The notes: generated from the sequence alone by a model not told the origin. A stretch of 64,000 nt of DNA from an uncultured delta proteobacterium (GCA_963771465.1 CAVYTU010000008.1:32001-96000); one strand, 5' to 3'. Numbered from the stretch's first letter, positions 51,084 to 60,933 are shown. Translations and numbers: made by a program.

Positions 51084-51240
51084 GATCTTACTTCGGCCTG
51101 ATTCTGGGAACTTTCCCTGCTCGAATCCGTTTTGATCTCCAGAAGTTGACGAGCGCAGCTTATACACCTGCCGGCACATCTAAATAGCGTGCAACGGCAC
51201 GCCCGGAGCAGCGCCGGAGATCGCTTGAAAGGAGCACGGA

Positions 51241-51762
51241 ATGGTTCGATTCGCAGCGTTTTCATTAGGGCTGGTTCTCGCTTTGTCAGTCTGGGTCGCC
51301 TGGCCACGAGCCGGCGCGGCGATCACCAACGGCGCAGTGGCACCGGACGTTGCCGGCGATCATTGGATTAATAGCAAGGCTCTGACCCTTGGCGAACTTA
51401 AAGGTCGCGTCGTGCTAGTGGAATTTTGGACCTACGGCTGAATCAACTGCCGCAATATTGTCCCGCAGTTGCGGGGTTGGCACGACAAGTATAAAACCAC
51501 CGGCTTGACCATCGTCGGCGTCCATTCGCCCGAGTTCCCGTGGGAGAAACCATTCGATAAAGTGAAAGAAGCGAGCGGCCGATTGGGCATAAAGTTCCCG
51601 GTCGTGCAGGACAACAATTTTGCTATATGGAAACGCTTTGGCGTGTGGGCCTGGCCGACAATCGTCGTGATCGACAAGAAAGGCGTTATCCGTTACAACC
51701 ACGTCGGTGAAGGCGCTTACGACAAGACTGAGTCGGTGATCAAACTACTACTTGCCCAATAG
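51241..51762 (+). CDS. Exported thioredoxin-like redoxin (DipZ/TlpA-like), predicted selenoprotein with a UxxC motif
   Basis: Two in-frame ORFs joined across TGA at 51439-51441 give VVLVEFWTYG-U-INCRN..., then GVHSPEF and AWPT; signal peptide; AAGGAG RBS. Confidence 0.85.
51443..51480 (+). promoter_or_regulatory. Candidate bacterial SECIS element
   Basis: Upper stem CCCGC/GCGGG with loop AGTT (51462-51475) and lower pairing TCAAC/GTTGG, immediately 3' of the in-frame TGA. Confidence 0.65.
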
Positions 51763-51819
51763 AGTTGACAGGCAATCTTTTCTTAGCGACCATGGTGGAT
51801 GAAATGAGGAACGACTAGC

Positions 51820-52785
51820 ATGCTGATCAAAAAACCGGAAGATATCAAAGCCGTCGAAATCACTTCTAAAGAACTCTATTTAAACCGCCGGCAATTCATC
51901 GCCTCGGCGCTCGGCGCCGGCGCGGCAATCGCTGGACTTGACTTAGTTGCAACGCCGGACGCGCACGCGCTTGATAAGTTGCCCAATGTGAAAAAAGGCC
52001 CGGCGGCCTATCACACGACGGAGAAGCTCAACTCGCTCAAAGACATCACCAGTTATAACAATTTCTACGAGCTCGGTGTCGACAAAGGTGATCCAGCCGA
52101 GAACGCAAAATATCTGATCACCAAACCTTGGAGTGTAGCCGTCGAAGGCGAGGTGAAAAAAGCCAAAACCTTCGCCGTCGAAGACATCATGAAGCTGGCG
52201 CCGCTCGAGGAGCGCGTTTACCGCATGCGCTGTGTCGAAGCTTGGTCGATGGTGATTCCCTGGATCGGTTTTCCGCTCAGCGCGTTGATCAAGCAAGTCG
52301 AGCCGACCAATAATGCGAAGTATATTCAGTTCGTCACTCTCGTCGATCCGAAACGCATGCCGGGGCAAAAACCGAGCGTCTTCGGTGGGTCCATCGAGTG
52401 GCCTTACGTCGAGGGACTACGCATGGACGAAGCGATGCATCCCCTGACGATATTATCAGTCGGTTTATATGGCGAAATCCTGCCGGCGCAAAACGGCGCG
52501 CCGCTGCGCTTAGTCGTGCCCTGGAAGTACGGCTTCAAAAGCATCAAGTCGATCGTTAAAGTACGCTTCATCGAGAAAGAACCACCGACTTCGTGGAACA
52601 AGATGCAGCCCCAGGAATACGGCTTCTATTCGAATGTAAATCCCGAAGTCGACCACCCGCGCTGGACGCAAGCCACCGAACGGCGCATCGGCGAGTTCCT
52701 GCGCCGAAAGACTTTGCCGTTCAACGGCTACGGCGAACACGTGGCGAGTATGTACAAAGGTATGGACCTGAAGAAATTCTACTGA
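51820..52785 (+). CDS. msrP: Periplasmic methionine sulfoxide reductase, molybdopterin catalytic subunit
   Basis: Tat motif [48 protein letters not shown] and HPRW motifs. Confidence 0.96.
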   Translation: MLIKKPEDIKAVEITSKELYLNRRQFIASALGAGAAIAGLDLVATPDAHALDKLPNVKKGPAAYHTTEKLNSLKDITSYNNFYELGVDKGDPAENAKYLITKPWSVAVEGEVKKAKTFAVEDIMKLAPLEERVYRMRCVEAWSMVIPWIGFPLSALIKQVEPTNNAKYIQFVTLVDPKRMPGQKPSVFGGSIEWPYVEGLRMDEAMHPLTILSVGLYGEILPAQNGAPLRLVVPWKYGFKSIKSIVKVRFIEKEPPTSWNKMQPQEYGFYSNVNPEVDHPRWTQATERRIGEFLRRKTLPFNGYGEHVASMYKGMDLKKFY

Positions 52786-52788
52786 ACA

Positions 52789-52896
52789 AATGGAGAATGG
52801 ATAATGGAAAATTGATAATGTCGGACCGGAATAACACCTGATAATTAGGCTTCGCCGCTCCGATAATTCTCCATTATCCATTTTCAATTATCCATT
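52789..52896. repeat. AATGGAN heptamer tandem array forming an inverted repeat
   Basis: AATGGAG AATGGAT AATGGAA AATTGAT AATGTCG on the left and the complementary CTCCATT ATCCATT TTCAATT ATCCATT on the right. Confidence 0.75.
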
Positions 52897-52901
52897 AACT
52901 C

Positions 52902-53537
52902 ATGCTTGCTTATCTCAAGCCGCTCGCCTTCCTAATCTGCCTCATCCCTCTCGGCCAATTGCTCTTCCGGGCGTACAATGATGATCTGGGCGCCAACCCG
53001 ATCGAAACGATCACCCGTTTCACCGGCTCGTGGTCGCTCTTCATATTGCTGGCAAGTTTGGCGGTAACGCCGCTCAGGCGCCTCACCGGCTGGAATGAAT
53101 TGATTCGCTACCGGCGCATGCTTGGGCTTTTCGCTTTCTCTTATGCCGCGCTGCATTTCGCCACTTATATGGTGCTCGACCTCTATTTCGATTTCAGCGC
53201 CATCGCCAAAGACATTCTCAAGCGGCCTTACATCACCGTCGGCTTCACGGCTCTGGTGTTGATGATTCCACTAGCGATAACTTCCAATGCAAAAATGATT
53301 CGCCGTCTAGGAAAACGTTGGCAGCAACTCCACTACCTCGTCTATCCCATCGCAATTCTCGGCGTGATTCATTTCTATTGGCTGGTGAAATCCGACATCA
53401 CGCGACCGGCCCAGTATGGACTGGTGCTCGCCTTGTTATTGGGCTTTCGCCTCTACCACAAATGGTCCGCTGCAGCGGCACCGCGACGCCGAGCGGTGCC
53501 CACCGTCACCGCCGGCCGCAAGGATCAAGCAGTTTAG
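52902..53537 (+). CDS. msrQ: Methionine sulfoxide reductase heme-binding membrane subunit
   Basis: LGANPIE, LAVTPLR, RRMLGL, KRPYITVG and RLGKRWQQLHYLVY motifs. Confidence 0.95.
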   Translation: MLAYLKPLAFLICLIPLGQLLFRAYNDDLGANPIETITRFTGSWSLFILLASLAVTPLRRLTGWNELIRYRRMLGLFAFSYAALHFATYMVLDLYFDFSAIAKDILKRPYITVGFTALVLMIPLAITSNAKMIRRLGKRWQQLHYLVYPIAILGVIHFYWLVKSDITRPAQYGLVLALLLGFRLYHKWSAAAAPRRRAVPTVTAGRKDQAV

Positions 53538-53575
53538 TCAATCGGGGTCGAGGATGGATATAGAGGAGGAATACC

Positions 53576-54196
53576 ATGAAAGCCTTAAAGACCTCGGCGA
53601 TACTTTGGCTTCTGCTATTTACGAGCGGTTGCGCAACATTCCAGGCTAACACCGAACTCTTCAAAGGCCGCACGGCGCTACTCCGAGGCAAACCGCTGGA
53701 AGCTATCCCTCATCTCGAACAAGCAACCACGCTCGACGGCACGATTGGACAATCCGACCTTCGGGAAAGCGGATGGACTTATCTGGGACGCGCTTATTAT
53801 GGGGCAAAGAAATATCCACAAGCGCGCCAAGCCCTCGAGCGAGCGATTGCCGCTAACGAGGACGACGGTTTCGCCAGACTTTACCTCGGGCTCACCTTGG
53901 CGCGACAGGACGACCACGACGCGAGCCGCAAGGCAGCGCTTCTTGGCTTGAAAGTTTTAAATGATGCGCTTGAGTTTATCGTCTACAACACCGCTGACGG
54001 TGTCTATTGGGATGCCAGCGGAAACTTGCGCAAAGAGCTAAGCAATGCACAGCGCGACGTGACTGCGGCCAACCCACGCTTAGACCACCTACTCGAACGT
54101 CTTGAAGCCCTCGGCGCCGCAGTCGAAGAGGAAATCGACTTAGCGCGTTTAGACAAGAGGCGTGATCACGATCACAGCGGCAGCGGCGACATGTAG
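53576..54196 (+). CDS. TPR-containing lipoprotein
   Basis: GGAGG RBS, lipobox TSGC, TPR YLGRAYY...ARQALERA...ARLYLGLTL. Confidence 0.78.
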   Translation: MKALKTSAILWLLLFTSGCATFQANTELFKGRTALLRGKPLEAIPHLEQATTLDGTIGQSDLRESGWTYLGRAYYGAKKYPQARQALERAIAANEDDGFARLYLGLTLARQDDHDASRKAALLGLKVLNDALEFIVYNTADGVYWDASGNLRKELSNAQRDVTAANPRLDHLLERLEALGAAVEEEIDLARLDKRRDHDHSGSGDM

Positions 54197-54273
54197 GTTA
54201 GACACTCTTTTTAATCCCCAACTTTTCCATGCGCGAACGCAGGGTGCTCGGGTTGATAACGGGAGGAATCTCC

Positions 54274-54888
54274 ATGAAAGCCAAAAAACTCCTAGCGCCA
54301 ACCTGTTTATCGGCGCTGATCTATGTTTCCGGTTGCGGCGGCGTCGGAACCGACGTCCTCGCCGGGCGCAATGCATTGCAAACCGGCCGTCCCAAAGACG
54401 CGGTCGGTTACTTGACGCGCGCGGCAGAGATAGACCCAAGCTACAAGACGCCGTTTCGAATTCCCCAGGGCGTGCTCGGCTTTCTCGGCCGCGCCTACTA
54501 TGAAACCGGCAACGACGCCGAAGCGCGCAAGACGTTGGAACGAGCCGTGAGCCTCGACAAAGACGATCCCCTCGCCCGCGTTTACCTCGGTCTCACTTTG
54601 CTACGCAGCGGTGAGCGGGCGCGCGGCCGACAGGAAGTCGAGGGCGGCCTTAAAGCGATCGACGACACGCTGGAATACATCAACATGGACAGAGTGACAG
54701 GTTTTTACTGGGATCCTGGAGGGCAAATTCGCAGCGCCACCAAAAAAACTCTCGCCGCCAACCTGGACGACGCTCAACTGGCAGTAGCAGCAGAACGAAT
54801 CGCCATCGAGTTCGACGAAGAAATCGACAAAGCCCGACGTGACGAGGGACGTAGCCGTGGCGGTTCGGATAGCGGCGGCGCAAATTAG
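54274..54888 (+). CDS. TPR-containing lipoprotein, paralog of the upstream gene
   Basis: GGAGG RBS, lipobox VSGC, FLGRAYY...ARKTLERA...ARVYLGLTL, YWD and EEIDKAR motifs. Confidence 0.78.
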   Translation: MKAKKLLAPTCLSALIYVSGCGGVGTDVLAGRNALQTGRPKDAVGYLTRAAEIDPSYKTPFRIPQGVLGFLGRAYYETGNDAEARKTLERAVSLDKDDPLARVYLGLTLLRSGERARGRQEVEGGLKAIDDTLEYINMDRVTGFYWDPGGQIRSATKKTLAANLDDAQLAVAAERIAIEFDEEIDKARRDEGRSRGGSDSGGAN

Positions 54889-55039
54889 CTTTTCCACCGA
54901 TGGCGGCTACGCATCTTATGGCAAAGCGCAGGCATCTAAGAGCCGATACCCGGAAACTAGCGATCAATCGTCATCGAAACGAAACACAAGGGTAACCATG
55001 CTGGATTATAAATCTGCTCATGAAGTCGAGGACACCAGC

Positions 55040-56000
55040 ATGATTAACCGTAAGCCGAACGCGACAGCCGACACTCGGAACCGAGAGTGGGCGGTTATCC
55101 TTGCCGGGGGCGACGGCACCCGGCTGAAATCTCTCACTCGGCATATCTCCGGTGATGAGCGTCCCAAACAGTTCTGTTCAGTCCTCAGCCACCAGACGTT
55201 ATTGCAGGAAACCCAACTGAGATCCGGGTTAGAACTGGCGCGGGAACGAACCCTTTATGTCGTCAATCGCACCCACGAACATTATTACGCGCCGACACTC
55301 GGCGACGAGGCCGCCGACAACTTAGTGGCGCAGCCAAGCAATCGCGGTACCGCGCCGGCGATTCTCTACAGTCTACTGCGCATCGCCGCACGCGATTCGA
55401 AAGCGGTCGTGGCATTTTTTCCGTCCGATCATTACATCTCTGATAACCGAAAATTCATGGCGCATATTCGCACCGCCCTCGACACCGCGCGCCAACGGCG
55501 CGACCTCGTCGTGCTCCTCGGTTTGCAACCGGAAAGTCCCGAGGTCGAATACGGTTGGATCGAACCGGCGCAGCCGATTCAGTGATCAGGGCACAGTATT
55601 CGGCGTGCGCCGCTTCTGGGAAAAACCGAACAGGATGCTCGCGCAAGTGCTGCAACTACGCGGTTGCCTATGGAACAGTTTTGTCATGGTCGCCTCGGTG
55701 CGGGCGCTGCTGGAAATCATCGAGAGCGCCATCCCCGAGCTCTACCGCTCATTTGCTTGCCTGACCGCGCTGTTTGGCACTTCGGCCGAAGTGAAAGCCA
55801 TCGATCAGCTCTACGGTCGTCTCCAAGAAGTAAATTTTTCCCATCAAGTGCTCGCGCTCAAACCCGAAAGCCTCGCCGTGCTCAAGGTCACCGGCGTGCG
55901 CTGGAACGATCTCGGCGAACCGAAGCGAGTCATGGCATCCCTCGACATGGCCGGCCTTCGGCCCGGTTGGGCCAAAGCCGGCGTGCCCCAGTTCGCCTAG
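55040..56000 (+). CDS. Mannose-1-phosphate guanylyltransferase-like nucleotidyltransferase, frameshifted near 55580
   Basis: ILAGGDGTRL, PKQF, NRGTAPA, PSDH and EYGWIE, then in the next frame FWEKP, LWNSF and WNDLG. Confidence 0.78.
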
Positions 56001-56149
56001 CCGCCACAGCTCCAGAACTCCGCGGTCAGCATCCCGCGATCAGCGCATGGCCGATGGGTAGTGGTTCTGATCGCTAATTTGTCGTTTCGCCAATTCGCTG
56101 ATTCCATCCATTCGTCAAATCCTGGATCACAAGCGGAACAGTTTGATAT

Positions 56150-56713
56150 TCATGGCTTGCCGCTCTTCGGAATAAACTTTAGCGCCACACCATTATTGCA
56201 CCAGCGTTTGCCGGTCGGCTGCGGCCCGTCGTTGAAGACATGGCCGTGATGGCCGCCGCAGCGGGCGCAGTGGTATTCGTTGCGCGGTAAAATTAATTTA
56301 AAGTCCGTGCTGATGCCAAAGGCGCCAGGAATCGCCGCGAAGAAACTCGGCCAGCCTGTGCCGCTTTCGTATTTCATCTCCGACGTAAAAACCGGCAGGC
56401 CGCAACCGGCGCAAGTAAAAACCCCCTGCCGCTTTTCATTATTGAGGGGGCTTGAACCGGGCGGCTCCGTGCCTTCCTCGCGGAGAACATGAAACTGATT
56501 CGCGTCCAAGCGCTTGCGCCATTCTTCCTTCGATAGTTTAAGTTGTTCAGTCGGCACAGGCACTTTTACTCCGTCAGGCAGCAGCACCTTCCAGTTTTTC
56601 TGCAACGCCTCCACTTCCTTCATCGACGCCGGCTCCGCGGCCGATAGCAGTCCCTTTAACGCCGACCAAATCCCGCCCGCCAACAATCCCTCTAATAATC
56701 CACGTCTCGTCAT
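56150..56713 (-). CDS. msrB: Peptide-methionine (R)-S-oxide reductase with a Tat-like signal
   Basis: MTRRGLL N-terminus, GTE, two CxxC motifs, SGTGWPSF, GHVFNDGP and RWCNNG. Confidence 0.93.
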   Translation of the reverse strand: MTRRGLLEGLLAGGIWSALKGLLSAAEPASMKEVEALQKNWKVLLPDGVKVPVPTEQLKLSKEEWRKRLDANQFHVLREEGTEPPGSSPLNNEKRQGVFTCAGCGLPVFTSEMKYESGTGWPSFFAAIPGAFGISTDFKLILPRNEYHCARCGGHHGHVFNDGPQPTGKRWCNNGVALKFIPKSGKP

Positions 56714-56874
56714 GGTCGTCTCCTTTGGTACTTAGTTGGCCGGCTGCCTCAACTCGTTTCGGTCGACTCCACTATGCATCCCTTACTGTGCGCCACGCGT
56801 TTAATTAAGCAAGAACCGCTTTGGCAAATAGGAATTCGACCGTCTTTTTTACAACCGCCGAAACAATTGGCCCG

Positions 56875-56902
56875 TTGACAGTGCGCCACATTTTCCGATA
56901 CT
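56875..56902 (+). promoter_or_regulatory. Sigma-70-type promoter of asnS
   Basis: TTGACA-N16-GATACT ending 8 bp before the ATG. Confidence 0.55.
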
Positions 56903-56910
56903 TGGCAATT

Positions 56911-58302
56911 ATGGCGTCACAATTCGTTTCAGTCAAAAATGCGTTTAACTTATCGCTCGGCAGCGAAATCATCCTGCGCGGTTGGGTGCGTTCACGGCGC
57001 GATTCTAAAGGCATCACGTTCATCGAACTCAACGATGGCTCGCGCTTCAAAAGTATGCAGCTAGTGGTTGACGCGGGCATTATTCCTGACGACACCATCA
57101 AGCAAATCACCACCGGCAGCAGCTTGGCTGCCACGGGCGTGCTCGTCGAGTCGCCGGCAAAAGGGCAAGCGGTGGAACTGAAGGTCGCCGCGATTGAAAT
57201 CTACGGCGGCGCCGATGCGGCCACTTACCCGCTGCAGAAAAAAGGCCACACGCTGGAGTTTCTTCGCGAGATTTCTCATCTTAGAGTTCGCAGCAATACC
57301 TTTGGCGCTGCCTTCCGCGTGCGCAATGCGCTGACCCACGCGATCCACAGTTTTTTTCAGCAGCGCGATTTTATCTACGTGCAGACACCGATCATCACGA
57401 CTTCGGATTGCGAAGGCGCCGGTCAAATGTTCGGCGTGACGACGTTGAACTTGCAGCAGCCGCCCCACGCGGCCGACGGCAAAGTCGACTGGCAGCAGGA
57501 TTTCTTCGGCAAGCCGGCGTTTCTCACCGTCAGCGGCCAGCTCGAAGGAGAAATTTTCGCCCTGGCTTTTTCCAAGATCTACACCTTCGGCCCGACCTTT
57601 CGCGCCGAGAACAGCAATACGCCGCGCCATCTGGCGGAGTTTTGGATGATCGAGCCGGAGATGGCCTTCTACCAACTCGAAGACAACATGGAGTTGGCTG
57701 AAGAATTTCTCAAATACACCATCCGCTATGTGCTCGATCATTGCCGCGAGGATTTGGAATTCTTCAATCAGTTCATCGAGAAGTCGGTGCTGGCCACCCT
57801 GGAGCATGTCGCCGAGTCGAAGTTCGGCCACATTACCTACACCGACGCGATTACCGAATTGAAAAAATCCGGCAAGGCGTGGGAGTTTCCCGTCGAGTGG
57901 GGCGCCGACTTGCAGACCGAACACGAACGGTTCTTGTCCGAGGAGATTTTTAAAAAACCGGTGATCGTTACCGACTACCCGAAGGACATCAAGCCTTTTT
58001 ACATGCGCGTCAACGACGACGGCAAAACCGTCCGGGCCATGGATGTGTTGGTGCCGCGCGTCGGCGAAATCATCGGCGGCAGCCAGCGCGAAGAGCGCCA
58101 CGACATTTTGTTAGAGCGTTTACGCGCCAGCGGCTTGGACGAAAAGCCTTACTGGTGGTATCTCGATCTGCGCCGTTACGGCTCCGTTCCCCACGCCGGC
58201 TTCGGCCTCGGCCTCGAACGCATGATGATGTATCTCACCGGCCTCAAGAACATCCGCGACGTCATCCCGTTTCCACGGACACCGGGAAATGCCGAATTCT
58301 AG
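56911..58302 (+). CDS. asnS: Asparagine--tRNA ligase
   Basis: [58 protein letters not shown] and GFGLGLER motifs. Confidence 0.97.
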   Translation: MASQFVSVKNAFNLSLGSEIILRGWVRSRRDSKGITFIELNDGSRFKSMQLVVDAGIIPDDTIKQITTGSSLAATGVLVESPAKGQAVELKVAAIEIYGGADAATYPLQKKGHTLEFLREISHLRVRSNTFGAAFRVRNALTHAIHSFFQQRDFIYVQTPIITTSDCEGAGQMFGVTTLNLQQPPHAADGKVDWQQDFFGKPAFLTVSGQLEGEIFALAFSKIYTFGPTFRAENSNTPRHLAEFWMIEPEMAFYQLEDNMELAEEFLKYTIRYVLDHCREDLEFFNQFIEKSVLATLEHVAESKFGHITYTDAITELKKSGKAWEFPVEWGADLQTEHERFLSEEIFKKPVIVTDYPKDIKPFYMRVNDDGKTVRAMDVLVPRVGEIIGGSQREERHDILLERLRASGLDEKPYWWYLDLRRYGSVPHAGFGLGLERMMMYLTGLKNIRDVIPFPRTPGNAEF

Positions 58303-58344
58303 CGTAACCTCCGCGATCTCAGCGCTCGATGAGAAAACCTAATC

Positions 58345-58426
58345 TCACCACGAAGATCACGAAGCACACGAAGGGTTCGGATAGTTAATACTCCTAACTT
58401 CGTGCTCTTCGTGTCCTTCGTGGTGA
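58345..58426. repeat. CACGAAG x3 / CTTCGTG x3 palindromic REP-like element
   Basis: TCACCACGAAGATCACGAAGCACACGAAG...CTTCGTGCTCTTCGTGTCCTTCGTGGTGA with 9-bp periodicity. Confidence 0.75.
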
Positions 58427-58469
58427 AAACCTTCTTTCGTATTAGGTCCCTACTTCAACATTCTGCACC

Positions 58470-59705
58470 ATGGCATTCTCGCTTCATCTCAACCCCACCG
58501 CCCGCGGTCTCATCACGCTCTACACCAGCACGATGCTGGCCGGCATGTGGGCGATGGTCGTGCCGACGATTCCGGCTCTGGCGACGAGTTTTGCGATCTC
58601 GCCGGGCACCGCGGCGCAGCTCGTCACGGCGCTCTCCGTGGGAAGATTCGCCGGCATGCCGATCAGCGGTTTTCTCTTGGATCGCTTCGGTGCACGCACG
58701 GCGCTGATCGCCGGGCCGCTCATGGCGTGCGCGGCGGCGCTGGTCGCCGCGGTCATGCCTTGGTTCACACTGATTCTAGTCGCAGTGTTTCTCATCGGCG
58801 TCGCCGACAGCATCTGGGTAATCGCCCGGGAGATCGCCGGTGTCGATTTGGTCCGGCTCGATCAACGCGGCCGTGTGCTCAGCGGTTTTCATGGCGTCAA
58901 TTATCTTGGCCTCGCCTTCGGCCCACTGATCGGCGGATTCTTAACCGAGCAGCTGGGCTTCAGAGCCGTATTCATCGCCTACGCGGCATGCGCGGCGCTC
59001 TCCGCCGTTCTCGGCGGGGCGGTAACGAACCTGCCGCACGCAAACACGCCGGCGATTGGCGCTGCAAGCGTACGAGGATGGAAGGTATCGGCGATCAAAC
59101 AGCGACTGATTGGCATGCGCGACCTTTTCTATCAGATCGCCCCGGAACTGCGCGCCACCTATGCGGTGCTGGTGCTGGCGACCTTTACCAGCTTCGCCCA
59201 TCGCGTCACCACCCAAAGCATCCTGCCGGTTTTTGCCAGCGTCGTGCTTAACATGACGCCGAAAGAAATCGGTTTACTGTTCACGATCTCCGGCTTGTCG
59301 GTGTTCGTCATGATTCTCCCCGCCGGTTTTGTCATCGACAAAGTCGGTCGCAAATGGGCCACGGTGCCGAGCACGGGCATTCCCGCCATCGCGTTTTTGC
59401 TCATTCCATTTGCGAATTCATTTCTGCAGCTGGCGATCTTACTGTCATTTTTGGGCATCGCAAACGGACTTTCGCTCGGCTCTTTGGCGACATCGACCTA
59501 CGACGTCGTTCCGGACCACGCCCGCGGGCGGCTGCAAGCGGCACGCCGCACCATCGCCGAGATCGGCGGCATCAGTGCGCCGCTCTTCGGCGGCCTGCTC
59601 GCCGACGAATTCAATCCCGGCGTCCCCTTCCTCGCCTACGCGCCGGTGTTGATTTTGTCGGCACTCCTGCTGGCTTGGGTGGCGCGTGAAACGATTCAGA
59701 AATAA
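58470..59705 (+). CDS. MFS transporter
   Basis: About 12 hydrophobic segments; DRFGAR and DKVGRK motifs. Confidence 0.85.
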   Translation: MAFSLHLNPTARGLITLYTSTMLAGMWAMVVPTIPALATSFAISPGTAAQLVTALSVGRFAGMPISGFLLDRFGARTALIAGPLMACAAALVAAVMPWFTLILVAVFLIGVADSIWVIAREIAGVDLVRLDQRGRVLSGFHGVNYLGLAFGPLIGGFLTEQLGFRAVFIAYAACAALSAVLGGAVTNLPHANTPAIGAASVRGWKVSAIKQRLIGMRDLFYQIAPELRATYAVLVLATFTSFAHRVTTQSILPVFASVVLNMTPKEIGLLFTISGLSVFVMILPAGFVIDKVGRKWATVPSTGIPAIAFLLIPFANSFLQLAILLSFLGIANGLSLGSLATSTYDVVPDHARGRLQAARRTIAEIGGISAPLFGGLLADEFNPGVPFLAYAPVLILSALLLAWVARETIQK

Positions 59706-59849
59706 GCCAATCGTTCGCTGCGCAGGAAAACTGCCGCATGCTCATCGCGCAGAATCAGCACCAAGTGCCAGTGCTTCGCCGAATAGCCTGGATAGATTTC
59801 CGGCCAATTTCCACTATAATAGCGCCATCCAAATTCAAGTAGAAAATTC

Positions 59850-60929
59850 ATGAAGTACCAAACCGACGATCTGCGAATCCAGGAGATCAAAGAACTACTG
59901 CCGCCGGCGAGTTTGCTCGCCGATTTTCCGATCACCGACAGAGCCGCCAAGACCGTATTCGAGACGCGCCAAGCGATTCACCGTATCCTGCACGGCGCGG
60001 ACGACCGGCTGCTGGTGATCATGGGGCCTTGCTCGATCCACGACGTCAAAGCCGCGAAGGAATATGCGGCCCGATTGAAAGACGCCAAAGAGCGTTCGGC
60101 CGCCGACCTGTTAGTCACGATGCGCGTCTATTTTGAAAAACCGCGCACCACCGTAGGATGGAAAGGCCTGATCAACGATCCCAATCTCGACGGCAGCTTT
60201 CGGATTAACGAAGGGCTGCGCGTCGGCCGCCAGCTGCTGCTCGAGCTCAATGAAAGCGGCATGCCGGCGGGCTGCGAGTTTCTCGACATGATCACGCCGC
60301 AATACATCGCCGACCTGGTATCCTGGGGCGCCATCGGCGCGCGCACCACGGAAAGCCAGGTGCACCGCGAGCTCGCCTCGGGCCTCTCGTGCCCGGTGGG
60401 ATTTAAAAACGGCACCGACGGCAACGTGCGCATCGCCATGGACGCGATCCGCGCGGCGCAAGCGCCGCATCATTTTTTATCGGTCACCAAAGACGGCCAC
60501 TCGGCGATCGTGGCAACCTTGGGCAACGAGGACTGCCACATCATCTTGCGCGGCGGCAATCAGCCCAACTACGACGCCGCCAACGTCAATGCGACGGCCA
60601 AGAGTTTGGCCGAATCCGGTATACCCGCGCGCATCATGATCGATTGCAGCCATGGCAACAGCGGCAAAGAGCCGGCCAAACAAGTGAGCGTCGGCCAAAA
60701 CGTGGCCGGGCAAATCGCCGCCGGCGACCCACGCATTTTCGGTCTCATGGTCGAAAGCCACCTCAAAGCCGGACGACAAGATTTGCTCCCCGGGAAACCA
60801 CTCGTCTACGGCCAAAGTATCACCGATGCTTGCGTCGGCTGGGAAGACAGCCGCAACTTGATCGATACTCTCGCCGACGCCGCGCGCCAACGCCGGCTCA
60901 AAGCCGCAGAGAATGGCGAAGCGGAATAA
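59850..60929 (+). CDS. aroG: DAHP synthase, class I-alpha (AroG/AroF type)
   Basis: GPCSIHD, RVYFEKPRTTVGWKGLINDP, IGARTTESQVHRE, DCSHGNS and YGQSITDAC motifs. Confidence 0.92.
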   Translation: MKYQTDDLRIQEIKELLPPASLLADFPITDRAAKTVFETRQAIHRILHGADDRLLVIMGPCSIHDVKAAKEYAARLKDAKERSAADLLVTMRVYFEKPRTTVGWKGLINDPNLDGSFRINEGLRVGRQLLLELNESGMPAGCEFLDMITPQYIADLVSWGAIGARTTESQVHRELASGLSCPVGFKNGTDGNVRIAMDAIRAAQAPHHFLSVTKDGHSAIVATLGNEDCHIILRGGNQPNYDAANVNATAKSLAESGIPARIMIDCSHGNSGKEPAKQVSVGQNVAGQIAAGDPRIFGLMVESHLKAGRQDLLPGKPLVYGQSITDACVGWEDSRNLIDTLADAARQRRLKAAENGEAE

Positions 60930-60933
60930 AGAC

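Noticed and set aside
55583-55585. TGA ending the first half of the nucleotidyltransferase as a possible second selenocysteine
   Set aside because: The protein continues in a different frame and the position is not a Cys site, so this is a frameshift rather than read-through.
19452-58101. Long antisense ORFs (e.g. 19452-20291, 22278-23279, 31208-32065, 39391-40290, 57061-58101)
   Set aside because: They are shadow frames opposite well-supported genes, expected from GC-rich codon bias.
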